A DNA stretch of 64,000 bases from Burkholderiales bacterium (GTDB taxonomy: Bacteria > Pseudomonadota > Gammaproteobacteria > Burkholderiales > Casimicrobiaceae). Where the stretch lies: positions 3,929-67,928 of the forward strand of contig JADZAQ010000200.1 of assembly GCA_020852555.1 (NCBI GenBank), read 5' to 3'. Both the position numbers and the translations under genes were made by a program. The notes beneath the pieces were generated by a model. It ran no database searches. It was given only the letters and a program-made list of their open reading frames with translations, and was not told where the DNA came from. Positions 50,653 to 58,964 of this stretch are shown piece by piece. The stretch's first letter is position 1. Each line of letters begins with the position of its first letter.

Positions 50653-52260
50653 TCAAGCCGCGCTGCGGGCGATGCCGTCCGCGATACGCGCCGCGAACGC
50701 GTAGATCGACAATTGCGGATTGGCGCCGATCGACGTGGGAAAGATCGAGCCGTCGCAGACGTACAGATTGCGCAACTGGTGATGGCGGCCCGCAGGGTCG
50801 ACGACCGCGTGCCGCGGATCCGGCCCGAACGGTGCGCCGCCCATCACGTGCGCCGAGACGACGCGGGTCACCAGCGGCGCGAGGTCGAAGGACTCGATGG
50901 CGGCGGTGGCCTGGGCAAGCGAAGTGAAGGAGGTGCCGTGTCCATGGCCGGGCGCGACCCGGGTGGCGCCGGCGGCGAACTGGATCCGCGCCATCGCGAG
51001 GAAGGCGCGGCGCATGCCGGCGAAGACGTAGGGCGTCAGCGGGTAGTCGAGCACGGGGGTGCCGTCGCTGCGCAGGTGGACGCGGCCGCCGGCACTGTGC
51101 GGGTGGAAGCCGTCGCGCAGCAGCGCGAGCACCACGTGGAGATGCCGGTAGTCGTGCATCCAGCGCGCGTGCTGCGTGCCGTCGCCACTCAAGGTCACCG
51201 CCGTCAGCAGCGGGTGCAGCGGTGGCACCTCCAGCTTGAAGCCGATCGGGCCGTCGAGCGGCTCGCCTTCCTGGAAGTGATCGGTGTAGACCGATTGCGG
51301 TGCGCCGGCGAAGCCGTCGATGACCTCGGGCATGGTCGCCGCCGAGAGCACGACCGGGTGCAGGAAGGTGCGCCGCCCGACCAGGTCGTGCGGATCGGGG
51401 AGCGCGCTGCGCAGGAAGAGCGCCGGCGTGCCGATGGCACCGGCCGCACTCACGAAGCTGCGCGCGCGCACCGTCACCCGGCGCGTCATCGGTTGCCCAT
51501 TCGCCGGATCGATGGCGTGTGCCTCGATCGCGGTGACCGCGTCGCCGCGCGTCGTGAAGAAGTCGGCGCGCACCCGCGTGACGAGCGTGGCGCCGTGTTC
51601 GAGCGCCGCCGGAATCGTGGTGACCAGCATCGACTGCTTCGCATTGGTCGGACAGCCGAGATCGCAGTAGCCCAGGTTCCAGCAACCCTTGACGTTGCGG
51701 TGCATGATCGGCGTCGCGATGCCGAGCGCAGCGGCGCCACGGGCGAGTGCGCTGTTGTTGGCATTGGGCGTGACCGGCCACGGCGCGATCGACAGGCGCT
51801 CCTCCATGCGCTCGAACCACGGCGCCATCGCCGCTGCCGAGACGTCGGTGAGGCCGTATTCGCGGCGCCACCAGTCGAGGGTCGTGGTGGGGGTGCGGAA
51901 CGAGCTCGTCCAGTTGACCGTGGTGCCCCCGCCGACGCAGCGGCCCTGCAGGATCGTGATCGCCTGGTCGCGGGTCTTGCGCGCTGCCGATTCCTGGTAG
52001 AGCTCGGGGTAGGTCGTCGCCTCGTGCAGCGAGAAATCGCGCGACGAGCGCAACGGGCCTTCCTCGAGGAGCACCACCGAGCGGCCGCTGGCGGCGAGGA
52101 TCTCGGCGGCGGTGCCGCCGCCGGCGCCGGTGCCGACGATGGCGACGTCGGCGTCGAGCACGAGGTCGCGTTCGGCGCGCGAGGCATCGATGACTTTCCA
52201 GCCGCCGGCGAGCCCTTCGGCCACCGGATCGGGAATGGCGACCGCCGTCGGCGAGGTCAT
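50653..52260 (-). CDS. GMC oxidoreductase (long-chain alcohol oxidase-like)
   Basis: GTGAGG, GGGTTVN, C..LGYC.LGC, HVMG, GANPQ. Confidence 0.88.
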   Translation of the reverse strand: MTSPTAVAIPDPVAEGLAGGWKVIDASRAERDLVLDADVAIVGTGAGGGTAAEILAASGRSVVLLEEGPLRSSRDFSLHEATTYPELYQESAARKTRDQAITILQGRCVGGGTTVNWTSSFRTPTTTLDWWRREYGLTDVSAAAMAPWFERMEERLSIAPWPVTPNANNSALARGAAALGIATPIMHRNVKGCWNLGYCDLGCPTNAKQSMLVTTIPAALEHGATLVTRVRADFFTTRGDAVTAIEAHAIDPANGQPMTRRVTVRARSFVSAAGAIGTPALFLRSALPDPHDLVGRRTFLHPVVLSAATMPEVIDGFAGAPQSVYTDHFQEGEPLDGPIGFKLEVPPLHPLLTAVTLSGDGTQHARWMHDYRHLHVVLALLRDGFHPHSAGGRVHLRSDGTPVLDYPLTPYVFAGMRRAFLAMARIQFAAGATRVAPGHGHGTSFTSLAQATAAIESFDLAPLVTRVVSAHVMGGAPFGPDPRHAVVDPAGRHHQLRNLYVCDGSIFPTSIGANPQLSIYAFAARIADGIARSAA

Positions 52261-52787
52261 GGCGGTGGGGCGAATTCCGGTGGGCCGGGGTAGCCGATCG
52301 CCGGCCACGCGCGGGGATTGCCGTACCACGCCGCGAAGATCAGGGCGTGGAAGGCGTCGTACGCCGCGCGCAGCGTGAGCAGCGAGCTGTCGCGGCAGCG
52401 ATCGAGGAAGCGGCGTACCTCGTCGGGCGATGCCGCCTGCCACGGCCCGTGCAGTCCCGCGAGCCCGATCCGCACCGGCGGCAGCGACAGCAGCGCGACG
52501 AGTTGGCGCAGTTCGGCGCGGGCCGCCGGCGCGAGGGCGGCGACGGCGGCATCGATCCCGGTCAGTGTCTCCTGCTGCGCCAGCGCGCGTGCCGCGGTCG
52601 CCTCAGGCCACACCCCGGCGAGCATCACCGGCGCGATCGCGGCGAAGATCGCCTCCGCATCGCCGTCGAGCGCCCGTCGCGCAACGATGGGCGCGGGCGC
52701 GTGCGGTCCACGCAGCCACGCCGCCGTGGCGAGCGCGACGGCGCCCAAGGCGCCGGTGACGATGAAGCTGCGGCGGGAGAGGCTCAC
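52257..52787 (-). CDS. Twin-arginine signal protein, probable GMC partner subunit
   Basis: SRRSF Tat motif; W..IGYPGP C-terminus; ATGA overlap with GMC gene. Confidence 0.75.
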   Translation of the reverse strand: MSLSRRSFIVTGALGAVALATAAWLRGPHAPAPIVARRALDGDAEAIFAAIAPVMLAGVWPEATAARALAQQETLTGIDAAVAALAPAARAELRQLVALLSLPPVRIGLAGLHGPWQAASPDEVRRFLDRCRDSSLLTLRAAYDAFHALIFAAWYGNPRAWPAIGYPGPPEFAPPP

Positions 52788-52972
52788 GGCGATGCGGGCG
52801 GAACCTGGCGGTACGGTCGAGCGTCGACCATAACCCGCGAGCGTAGACGAAACAATCTAACTTAGCCGCGCGACCGGCGGTGCGGCGGCGCGTCGTCCGC
52901 CACTGCTAGACTCCCGGCCTTTGCATTGTCCGGTCGTGGCCCGCGCGCCGCATGCCTGAAGGAGAGCGTCGA

Positions 52973-53713
52973 GTGTCGAGCAAGGACGCGCTCGTGCGCG
53001 AGTTGGCGCGCGTCCAGCGTTTGCACGAGGAGCGGCGCGACAATCCGATCCTCGCCGGTGCGCTCGATCGGCTCGCCGGCTGGCAGGCGCGGCGGCTGCG
53101 CATGACCTATGCCGACCTCGCGGCCGATCCGCGCTATGCCGCGGCGATCCAGTTCTTCCAGGACGATCTGTACGGGCCGGCCGACTACAGCCGGCGTGAC
53201 GCCGACCTTGCCCGGGTGGTGCCGACGCTCGTCAAGGTGCTGCCGGATAGCGTGATCGCGACCGCCGCCGCGGCGGTCGAGCTCAATGCGTTGTCGCAGA
53301 CGCTCGATCGCGTTCTCCTCGGTCGCCTGCCGCGTGCCGATGCGACGTTCACCGTCGCCGAATACTGCAAGGCGTACCGGCGAGCCGGTAATTTCCCCCT
53401 GCGCGTGCGCCAGATCGCGCTCATCGCCGAGGTCGGTGCGGCGCTTGACCAGGCGGTACGCAAGCGCTTCGTCGCGACCGCGCTCGCGATGATGCGCCGA
53501 CCGGCCCGCATGGCCGGGTTGGCGGCACTGCAGGACTTTCTCGAACGCGGCTTCGCGGCGTTTCGCGGCATGCGCGGCGCGGGCGAGTTCCTCGCTACCA
53601 TCGACGCACGCGAGAAGCGCATTCACGACGCGATCGCCGACGGGGCGGTCGATCCGTTTCCGGACCCGCTGCTCTTTCGCCTGTCGCCGCCGGCGACGGT
53701 GCGCACGCCGTAG
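52973..53713 (+). CDS. Conserved hypothetical protein (FFLEELY-motif-like)
   Basis: WQARRL..TYADL, FFQDDLYG, LQDFLERGF. Confidence 0.7.
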   Translation: MSSKDALVRELARVQRLHEERRDNPILAGALDRLAGWQARRLRMTYADLAADPRYAAAIQFFQDDLYGPADYSRRDADLARVVPTLVKVLPDSVIATAAAAVELNALSQTLDRVLLGRLPRADATFTVAEYCKAYRRAGNFPLRVRQIALIAEVGAALDQAVRKRFVATALAMMRRPARMAGLAALQDFLERGFAAFRGMRGAGEFLATIDAREKRIHDAIADGAVDPFPDPLLFRLSPPATVRTP

Positions 53714-53776
53714 CGGCGGGCGTTCGGCCCTGACGCGACGGATCGCACGGCATTCGCGGGCGCCGCTGCGTGCCGC

Positions 53777-54058
53777 TCAGGCGTCGGCGAGGAGCTGGTC
53801 GAGCGTGGCGCCGATCTCGCGTTCGAAGGTCGTCTTGAGCGGTATGAGCAGGAAACCCAGGCTCACGTCGAGCGCGATCGAGTCCTTGGCGATCCGCATG
53901 CGGCCGGCGATTCCGGGGCGCTCGAAATCGAGATGGTCGCCGTCCCACTCGTACTCGAGGCCGTAGCGCTTGTCGAGATCGCGCGCGATGCGCTCGGCAA
54001 CGGCCTTCGCCTTCTTGTGCGAGAGCTTGTGCTTGCGCGAGATCGAGATGGTGGCCAT
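53777..54058 (-). CDS. Polyhydroxyalkanoic acid system (PHA_gran_rgn) family protein
   Basis: ISISRKHKL, YEWDGD.L.F.R.G, LGFLL; AGGAG RBS. Confidence 0.82.
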   Translation of the reverse strand: MATISISRKHKLSHKKAKAVAERIARDLDKRYGLEYEWDGDHLDFERPGIAGRMRIAKDSIALDVSLGFLLIPLKTTFEREIGATLDQLLADA

Positions 54059-54189
54059 CGGCACTCCTGGCGGTATCGGGCCCGACGCTCGCCGGGTCGC
54101 GCAGTATAGCGGCCGGCGGCGCACGGGTCCGTAACCTCGGCGCTGGCCGCGGCCAGGATGCCGCGCCGCGGCGCCACCGGCGTGGCGCG

Positions 54190-54519
54190 CTACCGCGGCG
54201 CGGCGTCGGAGGCGTCGTCCGGACGCACGACGACCGCCTCGCCGCGCACCTCGCGCTCGTTCGGGCGCACCCGCGCTTGTGCTTCGCGCAGGTCGCGGCG
54301 AACGTGCCGGGTCTTCCACCACAGCCACCCACCGGCGATCACGGCGAGCGCCGCGAGCACGGCGAAGACGACGATCGAGAATACGAAGGCGAGCACCAGC
54401 ATCGCCGCACCCACCACGAAACCGACCACGCGCCCGACGAAGGTCGGCGGCGCAAAGTCGAACCGATAGCGGCGGGTGCCAGGCCCGGAAAGGCGCGGTC
54501 GGTCGTCGTTGGAATCCAT
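54190..54519 (-). CDS. Small membrane hypothetical protein
   Basis: Two hydrophobic segments followed by WWKTR. Confidence 0.6.
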   Translation of the reverse strand: MDSNDDRPRLSGPGTRRYRFDFAPPTFVGRVVGFVVGAAMLVLAFVFSIVVFAVLAALAVIAGGWLWWKTRHVRRDLREAQARVRPNEREVRGEAVVVRPDDASDAAPR

Positions 54520-54580
54520 TTTGATTAACTTGGGGTGGTCGCGTCGCGTGACAAGGGCGGCAGCGACGTAGACTCGCGCC

Positions 54581-55528
54581 ATGGACCATTCGTTCCAGCC
54601 ACCGAAAATCGCGGTGGTCGGCAGCGCCAACGCCGACCTCATCATGACCTGCCCCACGCTGCCAGGTCGCGGACAGACGCTGGCGGCCACCGAGGCGCGC
54701 TGGGAGGCCGGCGGCAAGGGCGCCAACCAGGCCGTCGCCGCCGCGCGGCTCGGGGCGAGCGTCGCCTTCATCGGCTGCATCGGCGCTGACGCGCTCGGCG
54801 AGCGCGTCCGGGCGGGACTCGCCGCCGAGGGGATCGCCATCGCCGGTGTGCGGGTCGCGCCCGAGCAACCGACGGGCGTAGCCGTCGTCGTCGTCGACGC
54901 GGCCGGCGAGAACCTCATCGTCCTCGCCGCCGGTGCCAATGCCGCGCTCGGGGCCCCCGACGTGGAGCGGGCGGCGGCGCAGCTGCGGCACGCGGACATC
55001 GTCTTGTGCCAGCTCGAAACGCCGCCGGGGGTGGTCGATGCGCTCCTCGACGTGCGGACGGCGGAGGGCCCCAGGTTGTGGCTGAACCCCGCACCGGCGC
55101 AACCGCTTCCCGAGTCCTGGCTCGCGCGGCTCGATCTCCTCGTGCCCAACCAGAGCGAGCTCGAAACCCTCACCGGCATCGACGCCGGTACCCGCGGCGG
55201 TGCGATCCGTGCGGCGGCCGATCTGCGCCGTCGCGGCGTCGGCTGCCTCGTGGTCACGCTCGGCGCCGAAGGGGCGCTCATCGCCGACGCCGACGGCGTT
55301 CGCTTCCGTCCGGCGCTGCGCGTGGACGCGCTCGATACGACCGGCGCCGGCGACTGCTTCATCGGTGCGCTGGCCTGCGCGCAAGCCTCGGGGCGATCGT
55401 TCGACGCCGCGGTCGATTTCGCGCAATGCGCGGCGGCGCTCCAGGTCACCCGGAGCGGAGCGCAGGCGGCGCTGCCGACCGCGGCCGAAGTGGCGGCGTT
55501 TGCCGCGGCGCGCCGCGGCGGGTGCTGA
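54581..55528 (+). CDS. rbsK: Ribokinase (PfkB family)
   Basis: GSANAD, GGKGANQA, QLE, NPAPA, DTTGAGDCF. Confidence 0.88.
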   Translation: MDHSFQPPKIAVVGSANADLIMTCPTLPGRGQTLAATEARWEAGGKGANQAVAAARLGASVAFIGCIGADALGERVRAGLAAEGIAIAGVRVAPEQPTGVAVVVVDAAGENLIVLAAGANAALGAPDVERAAAQLRHADIVLCQLETPPGVVDALLDVRTAEGPRLWLNPAPAQPLPESWLARLDLLVPNQSELETLTGIDAGTRGGAIRAAADLRRRGVGCLVVTLGAEGALIADADGVRFRPALRVDALDTTGAGDCFIGALACAQASGRSFDAAVDFAQCAAALQVTRSGAQAALPTAAEVAAFAAARRGGC

Positions 55529-55571
55529 GGACGAGACGGCGCCTGTCGGTGTCTCCGGTGAAGGCGGTTAC

Positions 55572-57377
55572 TCAGACATCGCGCACCGCATCGGTGAGGA
55601 CCCAGCCGCCGTCGATGCCGCCGGGAAGCATCTGTCCCAGATCCTCGCCGACTTCGCGGTCGATGAGCGCGTTGAGCTTGGCATTCATCGCTTCCAGCAG
55701 TTCCCGATTGGCGTCGCGGCCGACCGCCAGGTTGGTGCGTTCGAGCGGATCGCGTTCCACGTCGTAGAGCTCGACGTCGTTGGCGCGGAACAGCGCCTCG
55801 ATCGAAGTCGGCAGGTTGTGCTCCTTCGGCGAGAAGTAGCGGGTGAAGCGATGGCGTTCGTCGTAGACGCTGCGGATCGCGCCGCGCTTGCGAAGGTCCG
55901 GCCGCAGCGTCCCGGCCTTGGCGGCGGCCTGGACCTTGGCCTTCCCGTCGGGCTCGTGCAGCATCGCGGCCGCCCGCTCCATGAATTCGCCGTCGATGTA
56001 CGCGAACATGTTGTAGCAATACAGCGAGCCGTCGCGTACCGCCGTGTGCCCCGCCTTGCCGGGTGCGGCGAGGAGCCCCGAGAAGTCCTTGCCGCGCAGA
56101 TCCTTCGTGATCGCCGCCTTCTTCTCGGCGTTCGCGTGGGTCAGGCCGACGAGCGTCGGCGCGAGGTCGAGGTGCGAGGTGACCGCCTGGCAGCGCTGGC
56201 CGCCGGCGAACGCCGGATGCGCGATGATCAGCGGGACGTTGTTCTGCTCACGGTACGCCGTTGCGCCCTTCGCGTGCAGCCGGTGGGCGCCGTCGAGGTC
56301 GCCGTGATCGGAGGTGAGGACGACGATGGTGTTGGACGCAAGCCCCAGCGCCTCGAGCTCGTCGAGCAGCGGGACGATGTTGCGATCGGCGTCGCGCAGG
56401 CAGTTGAGGTAGTAGTTGTGCCGATAGCGCCATCGCCAGTCCTCGTTGGCGATGTTGCCGGTGAGCGTGTCGTGCGAGCGGAGGAACTCGCCGTGCGCCG
56501 GTGGTCGCCCCGGAGCGTCGAGGCGCTGCGAGTACGTCGCCGGAAGCTCGACGGGCCACTGCTTCGCATAGAGCCGATCGACCGGCGCGGGCGCGATGTC
56601 GGCGAGGATGTTGCGCGCCTGCACCTTCTCGCCGGGCCGGTCGGTGTTCAGGAACATGATGTCGTGCGGGTTCACGAGGTTGACCGCGAGGAACCACGGC
56701 TTTCCCTGTGCCGCCAGCTCCTTGCCGCGGCCGCGCAGCCAGCTCACGCCCATGGCCGAGATGATGCCGTCGTGCAGGTAGCCGCCGCGGGTGTGCGCAA
56801 TGATGTCGCCGACGCCGAAGTAATCGCTGAAACCGTACGCCTCCATCTCCTTGGTGAAGATCTTCTCCGGCGTCCCCAGCGAATTGACGGTTTCGAACTC
56901 CTTCGTGAGGTGCCACTTCCCCTTGTAGGCTGTGTAGTACCCGGCATCGCGCAGCAGGTGGCCGATGGTCGGGATGCTGGTGGCCATGCTGTCGATCCAC
57001 GGGAAATTCGTGTTGTCGAACATCTTCGTCTGCTGGATGTGCCGTCCGGTGTAGAGGACCGAGCGCGACGGTGTGCACACGCAGGAATTGATGTGATGGT
57101 TCTCGAAGACGATGCCCTTCTTCGCGAGCCGTTCGTGCGCCGGCAGCTGATAGCCTCCGGGGAGTTCGCCCGGCCGGAAGCGGCGTTCCTGATCGGTCAG
57201 GATGAACAGGATGTTGTACGCGCCGGAAGGCGCTTGCGCGGGCGTCGCCGTTGCCGTGCCGGTGGATGCCGCGGCGTCGCGCGCCAGCGCATCGCCAAGC
57301 GTGACGCCGACAGCGCTGGCCGCCATCGTCTTGAGGACGTCACGACGTCCGTGGTCGATTGCATCGTTGGTTGCCAT
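55572..57377 (-). CDS. Tat-exported sulfatase
   Basis: GRRDVLK signal, TDQ, CTPSR (CxPxR), GKWHL, TSDHG. Confidence 0.88.
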   Translation of the reverse strand: MATNDAIDHGRRDVLKTMAASAVGVTLGDALARDAAASTGTATATPAQAPSGAYNILFILTDQERRFRPGELPGGYQLPAHERLAKKGIVFENHHINSCVCTPSRSVLYTGRHIQQTKMFDNTNFPWIDSMATSIPTIGHLLRDAGYYTAYKGKWHLTKEFETVNSLGTPEKIFTKEMEAYGFSDYFGVGDIIAHTRGGYLHDGIISAMGVSWLRGRGKELAAQGKPWFLAVNLVNPHDIMFLNTDRPGEKVQARNILADIAPAPVDRLYAKQWPVELPATYSQRLDAPGRPPAHGEFLRSHDTLTGNIANEDWRWRYRHNYYLNCLRDADRNIVPLLDELEALGLASNTIVVLTSDHGDLDGAHRLHAKGATAYREQNNVPLIIAHPAFAGGQRCQAVTSHLDLAPTLVGLTHANAEKKAAITKDLRGKDFSGLLAAPGKAGHTAVRDGSLYCYNMFAYIDGEFMERAAAMLHEPDGKAKVQAAAKAGTLRPDLRKRGAIRSVYDERHRFTRYFSPKEHNLPTSIEALFRANDVELYDVERDPLERTNLAVGRDANRELLEAMNAKLNALIDREVGEDLGQMLPGGIDGGWVLTDAVRDV

Positions 57378-57541
57378 CGTTCGATCCCGTTGCGGTCGTT
57401 ACGGAAGGTGCTTCAAGAGCGCGGACCGACGCCGGCATCGAGTCCGCCGGTCGCCATGTCGTGGAGAAGCTGGTCGCGGTGGTCGTCGGTGTTGATGTCG
57501 TGCACGCGGGGCATGCCGCCGGGCGGTCTCGGGGAGCCGAT

Positions 57542-58843
57542 TCAGGCCGCGCGCAGCCCGCGTCGCACGGTCCAATGCCCGCGGGACAACTCGGCGGCGG
57601 CCCGCGGGCTCGCGTCGCCGTCGATCAACAGGATGCGTCGCGGGACGGCGAGCTCGGGAGCCGAGGTGAACGCCGCGGTCTCCTCGCTCCAATACAGGTA
57701 GTCGACCGCGACCGCGGCGACCAGCACGCCATCCCGCGCGCGGGCGACCGGCACGATGCCGCGCGTCCGGATGCTGGCAAGGGGGCGGTCCGCGTGATGG
57801 AAATGGCCGAGGAGCACGACCGAGCGCAGCAGGAAGCGCGCCGGCACCTCGCCCGCGATCGTGCTTGCCGAGCGGACGATGGTGTCGCGCCCAGCCACGC
57901 CGTCGAGCTTGTCGAGCGCCGAGACGAGGGCCGTCTGGAGCGTTGGCGTGAACCAGCGATTGCGAAGGAAGGTACGGATCACGTCCGAGGGGATCCCCAT
58001 ACGCAGGAGCTTCGCCTCGTTCGCTTTCGCGAGATCGATGGGGGGCTGGTTCCATACCGCATCCCGTACGGTCGAATCGAATGCGCTCGCGTATTGCAGC
58101 GGCGCCGCCACCGCGCCGACCGTGACGCTGACGGTGAAATTGCCGGCAAAGGTCGCCGACGCCGCATGGTCGAGCAACGGTCTCAGCACGGGATTGGACG
58201 TGTAGGGGTCGATGTCGAGCCGCTTCGCCCACTCGCGGCGCGCCTTGTTGTAGCCGAGGGGATCACCGGTGAACGCGGGTGGCTCCTTTTCGTTGGGGGC
58301 GGGCGGTGGGCGCCCGGCGTCGGCAGGCCCGCCGCTCGTTGCCGCGTCCGCGACGCTGTGGGCGCCGGTCTTGATCGAATAGCCGATTCGCCCGAGGACC
58401 GTGCCGGCGCCGGCCGCGATGTTCTCGACCGTGGTTGCCGGATCGGTGACCAGCGAGCTCAGGGTGCGCGCCGTTCCGCTGGCCGATTTGCCGAGCGCGG
58501 CGACGAATTCGCTGCTGCCTTCGACCTTCTTCAGTTCCTCGATCGCCCGCAACTCGCGAACGCGGATGGCGAGCATCCCGGCGCCGTGTTCACGGAAGAT
58601 ACCGTACGAGGAGTGCAGCTCGAAGCTGCCCAGGTAGCGGTCGACGCGCACCGGCTCCGCGACGTGATACCCGTCGCCGGCGAGCAGCGCAGGGGCTGCG
58701 AGCTGCGCGCCGGGAACGGCCGGCGCCACTTCGAAGGTTGGCGGCTGTGCCCCCGCGACCGACGCTGCGATGAAGGCGGCGGCGACCACGATGCTGCGCT
58801 GGATCTCGATGAGTCCGTGCCGGCGACCTGTCATCGAAGCCAT
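57542..58843 (-). CDS. Exported hypothetical protein
   Basis: 433-aa ORF with signal-like segment, co-oriented with the sulfatase; start uncertain. Confidence 0.65.
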   Translation of the reverse strand: MASMTGRRHGLIEIQRSIVVAAAFIAASVAGAQPPTFEVAPAVPGAQLAAPALLAGDGYHVAEPVRVDRYLGSFELHSSYGIFREHGAGMLAIRVRELRAIEELKKVEGSSEFVAALGKSASGTARTLSSLVTDPATTVENIAAGAGTVLGRIGYSIKTGAHSVADAATSGGPADAGRPPPAPNEKEPPAFTGDPLGYNKARREWAKRLDIDPYTSNPVLRPLLDHAASATFAGNFTVSVTVGAVAAPLQYASAFDSTVRDAVWNQPPIDLAKANEAKLLRMGIPSDVIRTFLRNRWFTPTLQTALVSALDKLDGVAGRDTIVRSASTIAGEVPARFLLRSVVLLGHFHHADRPLASIRTRGIVPVARARDGVLVAAVAVDYLYWSEETAAFTSAPELAVPRRILLIDGDASPRAAAELSRGHWTVRRGLRAA

Positions 58844-58964
58844 CGTCCCACGGCGGATGATGCGTTTCCTGCACCCATGCGTTCCTCTGTCGATTCGGGG
58901 GGCGAACGATATCCGTGCGCAGGCCGGCCAGGTATCCGACCTTGGTAGGAGTCCCGGCAGCCCG

